A DNA stretch of 64,000 nucleotides. Source: Eledone cirrhosa (Eukaryota). Positions 52,087 to 64,000 of this stretch are shown here, piece after piece; the first letter of the stretch is position 1, and each line of letters opens with the position of its first letter. The stretch lies in assembly GCA_964016885.1 (NCBI GenBank), contig OZ024743.1:168764001-168828000 (forward strand), given 5' to 3'. The notes under the pieces are model-generated. The model saw nothing but the letters and a program-made list of their open reading frames with translations, made no database searches and was not told the DNA's origin. Both the position numbers and the translations under genes were made by a program.

Positions 52087-52330
52087 AACGGCGATGAATT
52101 AGTTTTGCGAGGTTTTTGATATGAAATCGTGTGTCGAAACAAATATTGTTATACTTGGGGAGGGTCATATTTGTGTAATGTTGCCAGAATTAATAACAGA
52201 ACACACTCACTGTTTGGTTGGTTTTCGCTTTTCGCTTCTGTGTCTTTTATATCGGTAATCTAATTTATTCGGTCCTCAATGTTGCCATTGACTGACCAAC
52301 GGTCAAAAATAATACAGATACAATATAGAC
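52087..52330 (-). mobile_element. 3' end of the 21766-23155 PLE family, with extra tail
   Basis: tattgttatacttggggagggtcat is the near reverse complement of 23132-23156. Confidence 0.6.
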
Positions 52331-54452
52331 ACAAACACATATATATAAATTATCAAAGTTCTTTCGTTGCACATCTTGGTTAAAGAGGGTAAAGGGTAAA
52401 GGGTAAAGGGTAAATATAACCCCCTTCAGTCACGAATGACCATGAGATTTCCCTAGAAAGTTACCCTCCAAGGCACAAGTCCGGACAAATTTGTTTGTGG
52501 AAGACTAGGAGTCACCTATGCCTCCCTTCTATATAAAATCCTACCTGAAGCGAAGGAACATTGGCAATGAGAAAACAAATGTATGATAGCTAAATTGAAC
52601 AATGTGTAATGAAAAAGAGAAGTGTCAGTTAGACTAACAGAGACGAGAAACAAGAAACACAGTGTGGGTGAGTGAAAACGCCCGAACTAAGTGCGAGAGA
52701 CAATTAGACTGAGTCAAGAAACAAGAGGTGTGAGTGAGTGAACACGCCCGAACGGGGTGGTGTCAGCACCCAAAATCTGAAGTCAATATGATTAAGTGAC
52801 AGCGAAAAAGAGTAAACATAGTGTATTGTATGTATATTTATATAGTTTATAAATGCTGATCCAGTGACCCGATAATCTGGAATTTCTCTTCTATGCTATA
52901 GTTTTTCAGACAGTTGTCTGGCTACGCCAGTGTGTGAATGACTCATCAACTGAATTGATACTGATTATTTTCACCAAACGAGGCATTATAGTGTTGTAAA
53001 TGATATATAATCATGTATATATCGACTGTAAACGATATATAATCATGCTACATAATAAAGTAGTCTTTTGCACCTTATTTTCGTATTATGAATGCTCATT
53101 CTACACATTTTTCTTTCACTGATATTATTAGTGTAAATCTTGTTTGTCTTTCTCTCCAATCTTTATTCCTGTCACTTGCAGAAGCATTGGTTGATAAGTT
53201 TGCCGTATGATCTATTGTATTGTACAAACCGATTGTCATATTTTTATTTACATATAAATTATAATTTAAGATAAAGCTTGGTGATATATAAGATGTAATC
53301 TAACAGTAAATAAGTACAACGAGTAGATAAAGTTCATTGCCGTAAATAAAGGAAGCACAGTATAACTTAATGTATATTTCGTTGGTTGGGTCTGTGTGAC
53401 ATATTGAAGAAATTAGAGTCTATGTCGCTAGGAATGGTCCTTAAGTTCACTGCTTACCGCACAAGGAAAACACAACAAAATACGCACCAAACATACATGT
53501 ACTGCCTAGTGTCACAGAAAATGTCTCATATTATTATATACATTTAAAATGTATATAGTAATATGAGAAATTTGTTGTGGCATTATTGTTTTTGTTTATT
53601 TATTTATTTTATTTCAACATTCTCATCTGTTTTTATAAAGGATAGTCCGAAACGTAAGAAGTGTTGTCTACTTCCGCCATTTGTGGCAAGGTCAGCAGCT
53701 TCATTACACGACATAAATGACACGGTATGAGCTAACCATTAATTGGGAGTGATATTCATTTGAATCGGGTGTTCGCGTATGAAAACTACCTACAATGATA
53801 CATAATCGATACACGAAGACAAATATCTCATAATTGACTTAATCCTACGGAGACCGGACATAAGCCATTACATTTATGAATCCTTCAGATATAGAAAAGG
53901 ATTGACGTTAGGTTGAATTTCTTTCTAATGCTTAATAACTGTGACTCTTACTTCACAGAAGAAATGTTGGGATTTTCGTAATCAGCGTGTAAAACTATAT
54001 TTATTTTACACTTTTACTTGCTCCAACCCCTGCGTTGTGACCATGATGAGGTGCAGTGTAGAGCATTACAATCAAATCGGACCATGTGAGTCAAACGGAA
54101 AATATACAAGTTTTGAGCAATTTCGCTTTATTTAAAGCTGTACTGATTTTAAAAGAGGGGTGTATTGAGCTACTTCTCACTCTCATTCTTTCGCTCTTTC
54201 TCCCATTTGCAATCCCTCTCTTCTTCACTCTCTCACTTTCTATCTCTTTCTCTTTGGTTTTGAACATAAGTGGTAAGTAAATATTTTTCGAAAAATCAAA
54301 AGCTTGTAAAGTCCTTTTCCGCACGAAATTTAATCTAAGAAAGAAAACTATAAACTCTTCCAGTATGACTCTCTGCTTAGATATGTTAAATCCACAAAAA
54401 AAGCTAACGACATACCCCTTTCAAACTATCAAAGAACATAAACACTCCACCA

Positions 54453-54780
54453 CCATCATCATCATCGTTTAAGATTTATTTTCCACGTTAGGGTGGATTA
54501 GACGGATTATCCCATTTGAGGCAAGTTGGGTCAGGTGACAGCGTCTTGCTCATACTGAAATGCTTCTGGCTTGGTTTCTACGGCTGGACGCCGTTCCTAA
54601 TACCAACTACACTTACAGTGTGAACTGAGTGCTTTTGTTTTTCGTGACACCTACATGACCACTTTACAGTGAGGACTGGGTGCTTTTTATTGTGCCACCT
54701 ATACGACCACTTTAAAGTTTGGACTGGGCGCTTTTTATCGTGGCACCAAAACAATCACTTTACTGTGTGGACTAAGGCTT
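54453..54780. repeat. Interspersed repeat with ~48-bp internal tandem units
   Basis: (cat)n end; 3.5 diverged units cactttacagtg.ggactgggtgcttttt; related start at ~36290. Confidence 0.6.
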
Positions 54781-54982
54781 GGACGCAATGGGTGTGGTGT
54801 AAAAGCGTGGGGTGTTAGGACATGGGTGGAATGCTAAGGCATGAGAAGTGTTTGGAGGGGGTGGATAATATTTATGTGGTGCACACTAGGATGTTATGCT
54901 TCAACCTGTGCGCATGGGACGGCGGGTCACACATATGTCTGTGTATGTGTGTGAGTGTGTGTATAAATGTATGTATAGATAA

Positions 54983-55255
54983 TGATAAGCGTGACAAAGC
55001 CTACTCCTTGCTAAGTTTGTGAGATTAGCTTTTATAAGCAGAAAAAAAGAAAAATATATTCTTACACACACACATACATACACACATACATACATAAATT
55101 ATATATATATATAAATGTGTGTATATATATATATATATAAATGTATATATATGTGTGTATGTGCGCGTGTGTCTGTATATATGTGTGTGCATATATTCTT
55201 CTTTTCTTTTCTCACAATAATAGCAAGGGATAGGCTTTGTCACGCTTACTTACCA
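54983..55255. repeat. Inverted repeat around a microsatellite core (MITE-like)
   Basis: taagcgtgacaaagccta..cttgcta is inverted with tagcaag..taggctttgtcacgctta. Confidence 0.7.
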
Positions 55256-55626
55256 TTGACACACATAATAAAAATGGCTATATTTAATGTTGTCCCATAA
55301 TGCATAGGTTTGATGGTCTAATTCAAAATGTGTTCTGTGCTCCTTTTATATATATATATATAATTCATTTTTTAAATACCCGTTGAATGAAATAAGTTCA
55401 ACAGAGACTTGTGGAAACTGCTGATCATAGCTGACAACTGTACGATACCAGGTAGTAGCGGTTTCTTTTATTTAACAAACAAACAGACAATCAGCCAGAG
55501 AGGTGAGGGGGTAGTCCGCTCTGGGTGACACTTTTATTTGGGCGCAACTTTTGGGTCTGCTGTAGATTATAATCGTTCTTTTAATGCTGCAGCATAATAA
55601 TATAATTGTACACAGACTAGTTAATA

Positions 55627-55674
<48 letters not shown>

Positions 55675-55687
55675 AAATTATAAATTT

Positions 55688-55940
55688 GAAGAACAGTCAG
55701 ACAAAATATATCCATTTTTTTCTCCTCCTTAGTCCGTAGAAATTAACCAGATAAATAATCATTTAAAAGGAGCTAAGTTTAATATGTAACTTTGAAGAAA
55801 TAACAGATAAATATTACAGACTTTGCTCAGTGAGGAACAGTCAGATAAGATTTACCTAGTCTTTCCTCTTAGTCCGTAGAAATTAACAAGACAAATAATC
55901 AATTAAACGGGGCTAAGTTTAAAATGTAAGTTTGAAGAAA
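55688..55940. repeat. Diverged tandem duplication (~110 bp unit, ~140 bp period)
   Basis: gaacagtcaga...cttagtccgtagaaattaac...gctaagtttaa..tgtaa.tttgaagaaa occurs twice. Confidence 0.8.
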
Positions 55941-56380
55941 AAATGCATATAAACTTTACCGATGTTCTTAAAGTCCCGACTATCGATAGTTTCGCTCGTA
56001 CTTAGTGAATATGTCCAAACCTGGTATTATCCATGAGGTATCGAGCTTTTCAAGAGACTACCTCAGTTAAGACTAAAATTTCTAAAGTGATCGCCGCCAG
56101 AAATGATTTCAAAAGGGGTAAAAAAACATCACGTGAAGTTAGGCCGGATGGCGAGTAGGTTCCTTGCTAGAAGTAGCAGCTAGTTACCGCCTAAGGTTTA
56201 CTCGACCGAAAGGGAGTATAGAATAAATTCATAAGGTTATATATGTATATATTTAGATATAGTCACAGATACATATATGAGTGAGGCCACCTTTAACGGT
56301 GTGGCTCTATGAAAAATTAATTAAGCAAATAATTATTAATCAGAGCAATATAAAATTATAAATTTGTATATATATATATA

Positions 56381-56567
56381 TAAGGAAAAGAAATCAAAAA
56401 TGCAACTGGAGTCTTTTTAAGAATATTTATTTGTTGAAATAAATGAATATTCTTTGAAACAAATAAATATTCTTAAAAAGACTCCAGTTGCATTTTTTAT
56501 TTCTTTCCTTATACTTTCACTCGTGTCGAACAACTCGTTTTTTTCTTTAAAAAAAAAACCTAATTTT

Positions 56568-56570
<3 letters not shown>
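56381..56570. mobile_element. Miniature fold-back of the extreme 3' end of the 1080-6213 PLE family
   Basis: 56381-56434 is inverted with 56458-56511; tail to 56570; matches 1110-1235 (aaaatgcaactggagtctt, cacgagtgaaagtata); (TA)n on both sides. Confidence 0.8.
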
Positions 56571-56625
<55 letters not shown>

Positions 56626-57191
56626 ACTTTAAGTGTTATATATATAACTTTAAGTGTTATAAGAGCAGTATGTAATTTTGTGGGGGCCCGGGAGCGGCAA
56701 ACTGAAAGAGTTCACACTCTAGCTACGTCATTGCAAACAGTAAAAGTTTTCTTTTCTTCTTCAGGTATAATTCTATAACAATTAGTGAAATAAAATCTCA
56801 TTATACCTTATTGACTTCTGCACTTTCTGTCTTAAAATACCAGGAAGAGTAATTATATAAATGCCCTCTGCTCCCTTATCACTACTAGGCGAGAAACAAA
56901 TCAGTTAGGTCAATTTTTGATATCAAATACAGTAATTTAATATGACACGAATAGTAGAACGGGTGCATTAAATACATTTCGTTATGAAGATTCGAACACT
57001 GATTTGCAGTCATAACTCAATGTTACTTTCTATCTCTTCTATATCAATAAAATAAGCCATAGTAGTATAGTCTTCATGATATGCAAATATAGTGAGTTGA
57101 TAGGCACAGCAAATTATTGGCACTAAAACACCTTAAATATTTTAGTTTAATAAAAATAAGTATTACTATATAATGCTGACCGTCACTACTA

Positions 57192-57372
57192 TGGATTGGC
57201 AGTATCGGTAGAGCGTCGGACAATATGCTTCGCGGAATAGAATTACAGCCTTTACGTTCTGAGTTCAAATTCCGCCAAGGTCGATAAAATGAAATATCGG
57301 TATCGCAATGGGGTCAATTTGATCAACTTTTCCGTCCCCTAAATTGTTGGCATTGTGCCTAAATTAGAAACC
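57192..57372 (+). mobile_element. tRNA-derived SINE, diverged
   Basis: tggattggcagtatcggtagag...gagttcaaattccgcc. Confidence 0.8.
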
Positions 57373-58199
57373 GCTATTTAGTTCATTAATAAAGAGATTT
57401 GTTGATTATTCAGTTGATGGATGATTTTGTAAATTTATTAAACGTTTTCTCGACCTGTTAGACAATTAGTCACGAAGTTAATTAGATAATGAGTATAGTT
57501 TGACAGTCGGTTGGCTACATTTCGGAAGCTTCTGTCTCATAGATCGGGAGTTTATAATTTACTACAAATGTTTTCTCTTTAATTGCTTTCTAGCCACCGG
57601 GGAAGACTTTGCATGGTGCCTCGCCCTGCTAAAAATAGGAACCAAATCTATCTACTGTCTTGAATAAGGAATAGACATACTGCATGATGGATCCTCCGTT
57701 TCTTTTGACGGGGCAATCAATTGCTCAATCAACTGATCGTTGAACTCCTATATTAACGTGTAAGCAGCTATTCTACAGTCACGTGAATCGTTAACGTAAT
57801 CCCCGTAAAGGAATCCACATAAACCAATACGTCACATGGTTGGAGATTTCGATCAATGAAGTTCCCGTAACTGTGGCAGCCAGTCATTGTAGTGCCACTC
57901 TAGACGTTTGACTGTATTTATCATGGCATTTCAGTGGCCTTCAGACATGCTCGGTAGCGCCCATCTTCTCCCAATCTTGGAAGATACCGTGGTAGCATGG
58001 AAGATACCAAAGTCGATTTAATCACACTTAGTACTTTGAAAGTAAAATTGACATCGGTGGAATTTGAAACCAGAACGTAAGAGATCAGAACTAAATACCG
58101 CAAGGCATTTTTATACACCTTAAACTCTCTCTCTCTCCCTCTCTCTCTCTCCCTCTCTCTCTCCCCCTACATACATACATACATACATACATACATACA

Positions 58200-58231
<32 letters not shown>

Positions 58232-59182
58232 GAGATAGATAGAGAGAGAGAGAGAGAGACTTAAACAGTAGCAAGCTGCACGTATGGCTTTCGTTGTTTT
58301 ACCTTAAGGTGTGGTGTGCTAGTGAAGAAAGCCATGTCTTAAGCGGGTCGCATTAGTTCGTTGTACGTGATACAATACTTTGTTCTCAGTGACCCTTTTC
58401 ATATATCCACCACCGCCAATATGTGTGCGTTCGTGCATATCTTCAGTATTGTTGGATCTTGGTAGTGTTGTTATTGTTGAGCCTCAAGTTAACTGATCTT
58501 GCAGATTCGGATCAAAGGAATTCCAACCATGATCATCCCATTTTTTTCAGTCATTGCTTACATTATTTAATGAGTTCTTGCATACTTTTTATGACGTGTC
58601 TGTGTAATTTGAGCTACTGTTTCTAACAAGTCTAGCGACCATGTAGAGGTTGTTGTTGTTGTTGGTGGTGGTGGTGGTAGCGGCGGTGGTAGTAGTGGCG
58701 ATCGTGATAGATGATAATGGGGGATGGAGGAAGAAGAAAATGATGGGGATGATAATGATGTGATGTATGAAGGCGGTAATGGTGATGTGTTGGAGGAGGG
58801 GGAGAGAGAGGAGGATTGAAATGGTAGGCGTGGAGATGAGGACAAATATTGCATGCACTAATATAGGGAGAGACTCCTGCTGGTTTCAGATGTAGCAGAA
58901 AGAGGGGAAAAGGTAGGATTATTTTAGAGGTTAAGCGATAGTAAAAATGGGGTGGGTTGACTAGAGAATGATAGGAAAGAAGGAAGGACCCTCTGATATA
59001 TTGTTAGAGATTAGATCTTAATATAGGTTAAGGGATGAAGCGAATATATGCAGCGGCTTGTTAGAGCGAAAATAAGTAATTGAGAATGGGTGTGATGAAT
59101 GTAGAAGGAAAAACGTTGAAGGAAGTGGGCGTGGTTAGTGTGAGAAAACCATTGATGGAGTGTTATTATGGACATAACATAA

Positions 59183-59358
59183 GCGGTGGATTGGCAGTAT
59201 CGGTAGAGGGTCGGACGCTATGAGTTACGTCCCTTTACGCACTGAGTTCAAATCCCGCCGAGGTTAACTTTGCCTTTCATCCTTACAGGGTCGATAAAAT
59301 AAAGTACCAGTAATGCACTGTGATAATTGCTGGCCTTGTGCCAAAAGAAGAAACAATT
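59183..59358 (+). mobile_element. tRNA-derived SINE
   Basis: Main family. Confidence 0.9.
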
Positions 59359-59709
59359 ATGAAAATAACATAAGATTTGTTCGAACGTAAAAACTATCAG
59401 TCCAAGAGAGAGGACATTTATAAGTCGATCATTAAAGTAGTATTAGGACTGGTATAGATAAAATATTGTAAATTATATTGTACAATATGTTTGAGTACAT
59501 TGAGATTACGAAAAGAATCACCAACAGAACTTCATAGCTGCTTTACAACTTCCCTTGCTTCCTGTTTTTCTTCTTTTTTTAATGCTTATTTTACCTCCAG
59601 TTGGCCTTCCCTATTTAAATTTTCATTTTATTTTAATTTCTTTAAGAAGTACCAGATATTAGCTCCCTGCCGACATTTAAATTTATTTAATAAATAAATA
59701 ATTAAATAA

Positions 59710-59896
59710 TTGTTTCTACGTTAGGCACAAGGCCAGCAATTTCCCAGTGTATTACTGGTACTTTATTTTATCGACCCCGTAAGGATGAAAGGCAAATTTA
59801 ACCTCGGCGGGATTTGAACTCAGAATGGCAAGGGCCGTAACTCTATGCGTCAAAGCATGGCATCCGACACTCTACCAATACTGCCAATCCACCGCC
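59710..59896 (-). mobile_element. tRNA-derived SINE
   Basis: Main family; inverted relative to the 59183 copy 350 bp away. Confidence 0.9.
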
Positions 59897-61336
59897 TATA
59901 TATAAATAATTAAATAATATAGGTTGTCTACAGAAGGGAAAGAAATATACAATGTTAAACAATCCGAAGAATCTAGAGATTGTCTGCGTCAGTCCTATCA
60001 GAAATATTAGAACGTTGCGCACCTCACTACATCCCATCTAATATCGTATTATATTGCCTGCAGAGGAGACAAGTATTTTAATTAGCTTGATTAAGACTTT
60101 ACTATACAAAAGAAAATATCAATAAATGTGTTAGAAAATTGGATTTGCCACAGTGATGTTGTGAATTCGATTCCCTGACCGGGTGATGTGTTATGTCCTT
60201 CAGTATGACACTTTATATCATGTTACTATTTCCGCCAGGTGTTGCAACCGGTAGATAGTATCAGCAATGAAAAGACCAATGGAAACATTGTTTCTTTGTT
60301 CCGATTTGCCGAGTTCCACCCCAATCGGTAAGTGAATGAGGTCTGGGATCTTGTCGATTGTTTAAAAAAGAAATGGCTTCGATATTTTAAATTCCAAATA
60401 TAATATAAATATTTACAGTTTAATTTACAAATTGCTTAATTAATGGGTTTGTTGTTGTTTTTTACTTGTTTGTTCGACTTTCATTGATTCCTGCGATAAG
60501 TGTTCCGGTTGTCAGAGCAACAGAATAACATGCTCTTGAAATTAATGTGTAATTAGCTGAGCATACACGTGTACTATTAACATAATTCACAGGGTGATTC
60601 AGCACGACACTGACTCTTTACCATTTGGAGAAGCTGTGTTCATTGTTGTAAACTATATGTAAGAGAAGCAACAGAAACAGAAGACGATAAAGTCGAAAAC
60701 AAATAGGAATAAAATGAAAAAGTAAAATAGAAGAGAAGACGAAACATTCATATAAAACAAATTTAAATATATATATGACTATAAATATAAAAGTATCTTA
60801 ATAGGAATGAATAAGGGGATACATAAAAGTTTAGCCCACGCTGTTTATATAAATCAGGAGACCCAAGCATTTCCCGTATGCAGTGTGTACAAATCATTGA
60901 ACACTGTATGCAAGGAAACAAAAACAAACTAGGTTTAACTGTGTTATTTGTAATCATTAAGGTGCTGTATTGTATAAAAGAATGTCGTGTGTCCCTGGTG
61001 CCCTAGTTGCAAATAAAGGAAGGATTATTGCTTTTATATATTTTAAAGGTTAATGCGTTGATGAAAAAATATGGAATGACCCTCCACCGGTTTCGACGTT
61101 GAAAGTGCTAGTTGTTCGATCAACAGCATGGTCTGCTACTGAAATGAACATGTATATGGCTGGGCACCCCACAGACACATATACACTTAACGAGTATTTT
61201 TATGTCCCTGTGCATATATGCATACATACATACATACAAACATACATATATATATATATACAATATATTAATATTTATAAAACCATATTTATTTTATTAT
61301 ATATATTTCAAGGGCAACCAAGGCACATTATGGTGC

Positions 61337-61373
<37 letters not shown>

Positions 61374-61379
<6 letters not shown>

Positions 61380-62164
61380 TACAAATATTAATAAAATAGA
61401 TGTTCTTTTGATCAATTAAATTTTATTATACATATTTCAGAGGTACAAGAGTACGTCCTCATCAGACAAAATATAATGATACATGACATACCCTGAGATG
61501 TTAACTGGTTAAGATTTTATGAAGGTAGTGATTAACCTATGAGAAAACTCAACATTTATACCCTAATAATGAGAAAATGCGAAAACGTAATAGATTCAAT
61601 AGAGAAGGTATGAGTAAGGAAAACGTTGCTTTAATGTAACAGTTATAGAGATTTTAAAATGTGGGATCCTACAAATTAGGATTATAGAGGAAGACGTCTC
61701 AGGAAATATAATTTTATTACAGTTTATGAAGGCAACTGATAGATAATTAAAGAGAGGGAGAGATAAAGGGGAGTAATTTACGCAAACAATTTTTTTTTTT
61801 TTTTCCCATATGAACTTAGCGGTTAAGTTTCAAAATATTTAATTTATGTTATTTTAGAGTGAAGAATCAAAATTTTAAGTTTTTAAAAGTTGATGGTTAT
61901 TTATATTAATTATATAAAATTTTATAATTTTTTAAAATTCTGAATTTTATGAAAACAAAATTAAAGGATCTACTAGGCCCGCGAAAGAAAAATATACACT
62001 GTTGAATATTCTCTTAAATGTAATCTTTAACAAACATTACATATAACAGTGTCAACATTTTCGGTACGTAAAATTTCTGAAGTACATACTGTTACAAATA
62101 TCGAAGAATATATTGTCAAGTAGATACATTGTCTAAAGTACAATGATTAACGCAGAGTTTTCAG

Positions 62165-62227
<63 letters not shown>

Positions 62228-64000
62228 CATTTATCGTAATAAATTAATATTTATTATATTATATTAAATCACTATATTAGTGCTACCTTTATGGGAAGAA
62301 TGAAATCTAAATAATGATTATGTTATTGTACAATATATTTATATTTGCACAAACTATATATAGCGTTATACCGAAACAATAATTATGATTAAGTTATTAT
62401 ACATTATAAATATAGATGCAAAAAAACCAAATGCAGAGATATACGTAACTAATAATATGATTATGTTATTATACAATATATACATATTTGCAAATAATTA
62501 GGTATAGAGAGATATACTAAGTATTAATGAGACAGTATACTTTTGGTAAATGATAACGATTATAATCTTAGGTAATAGATTCAAACATGCATAAGTTAAA
62601 TACATACATATATATAAAAGAGTGTAAACGCATGAATGATTCACAGTTCAAAATAAGGTCCGTAAAAATTTACAGGTAGGATATTTGAACTATATTTAAA
62701 ACATAGATAGAAAAATAAAGATAGAGAAATAATGGTATGGATCAAAGTTAATAATATTATGTTATGTATATCAACGTGTCAGCATGTTATTAAACAAGTG
62801 CCATTCATTCAAACGTTATTTCCTTTATAGATAGTTATAAGATAAAGCAATATTAAAGGCCATTAAGATTTTCAACGTCTAAAAACCAAGTTTGGTTGGT
62901 TACTATTTTTTCCTGGTCTTATGTGAGGCTTGGAATGTAGACAAGGCTTTATGAAGGCAGTTAGAGAATAATTCACTTTTTTTGTTAATTAAGGTCTCAT
63001 AATTATTAATAATCAAAAGGATCTCCATTGTACAAAGCGCGCAGTTACTTGATATACTTGAGTTGCGGTAAACTCCACTATTCCGAAGTTTCGTCCAAAA
63101 AATGGAGTATTTTAAATTCTTCTCTTTTAATGACCATATAAGCTGTGATAAAGAAGTGGATGATTTCCTCTTGGAGTTCGAAAATAAGCATTTATGATTC
63201 GCAAATCTGGCTTTAAATGTAGAAGTCGATCCTAAGTAGTTGTATGTGTTGTAATCAGTTTTAACGGTGCATTTATACACCAAATTACTATCCAAACAAT
63301 AATTTTGCAGAGGGCAATCAATTTTATTTCTACAATTACATTTTGGTTTATTATCATTTATGTTAACACTATTATTAAGATCATTATGCTGATTCTGCTT
63401 TAGAATGTTACTGTTTAATTTAGCAATGTTTTGGGCCATATTCATAGTTGTAAAATAAGACAATTTAATAGTGTGTCTATTAAAAATGGAATGGTATTTA
63501 TGTTGAGTAGGGAAAGAGGTGTCCAAAGCATTAAAGAATCATTTTGCAATTGGTGTTCTAACTGCTACCGAAGCAGGGGGAGGGGGAAAACCATATGACT
63601 GATTTAGATCTAGTTCTTTTCCTCAATTTGTTTGGCGTATGGGTGTTTGAATTATAATTATTAGAGTTTCGTTTATATATGCCATTATTTTTTATCAGGA
63701 TTAAAACTTGGATTATTATTATCTACATATTCTATATTATTCTCATATCCTGCTCTTTTTAACGCTTTATTGTAGTATGCTGCATTATCATCACATATTG
63801 CTTTATTGGCTGATATTCTATTAATGCGTTTTTGTACACTATTTACTATAGCTTTTTTTTTTACAGATTTAGGGTGATTGGAATGGTTACTAACATAGTT
63901 TAAGTTTTCATTGGGCTTATGAAAAGGGTAATAAAAGCCAGAGTTTAAGTTAAACGTAACGTCTAGGAAATTCACTATTTTGGTACCATTTTCTACTTAT
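61374..64000 (-). mobile_element. Penelope-like element (RT plus GIY-YIG, frameshifted), runs off the window
   Basis: FLDVTFNL, YVSNHSNHP (63685-63975); CNCRNKIDCPL..LVYKCTV..YLGSTSTFKARFANH..CALC (62903-63526); ~1.5 kb 3' UTR ending in (TA)n. Confidence 0.9.
61420..61472 (-). ncRNA. Type I hammerhead ribozyme at PLE 3' end
   Basis: attttgt-CTGATGA-ggacgtac-tctt-gtacctct-GAAA-tatgta-TA-ataaaat. Confidence 0.8.

Noticed and set aside
52540-52800. Possible LTR remnant with TGGTGTCAG PBS-like word
   Set aside because: No second LTR, TSD or coding remnant found.
54609-54780. Repeat-spacer-like array
   Set aside because: Diverged tandem units inside an interspersed repeat; the apparent spacers are homologous to each other.
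58567-58858. Ser/Pro/Thr-rich ORFs
   Set aside because: Derived from degenerate trinucleotide repeats; no splice or homology support.
61075-61145. GAAACCGGT on the minus strand
   Set aside because: No upstream CTGANGA, and G at the cleavage position.

Overview
Eukaryotic, very AT-rich, microsatellite-dense genomic DNA made almost entirely of transposable-element debris. No host protein-coding gene can be supported. The recurrent tRNA-derived SINE resembles, from memory, the SINEs of octopod cephalopods; this organism call is an inference. Recognisable content: at least five partial Penelope-like retroelements (PLEs; RT and/or GIY-YIG), a tandem array of R4/Dong-type RLE LINEs in (TAA)n, fragments of Tx1/L1, RTE and CRE LINEs, a decayed ~6.8 kb Helitron with both termini, non-autonomous Helitrons, a young non-coding LTR element with a tRNA-Trp-like PBS, about ten SINE copies and four copies of a ~600 bp RTE-UTR-like element. 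The most striking structure is not in the ORF track. More than a dozen type-I hammerhead-ribozyme-like motifs (CTGANGA...GAAA..TH) sit in PLE 3' ends. Many of these ends occur as head-to-head fold-back pairs inside (TA)n tracts, with only one arm carrying an extra 3' tail. Several motifs have palindromic mini stem III or unusually long stem II inserts. All coordinates and pairings were read by eye and are approximate to a few bases.
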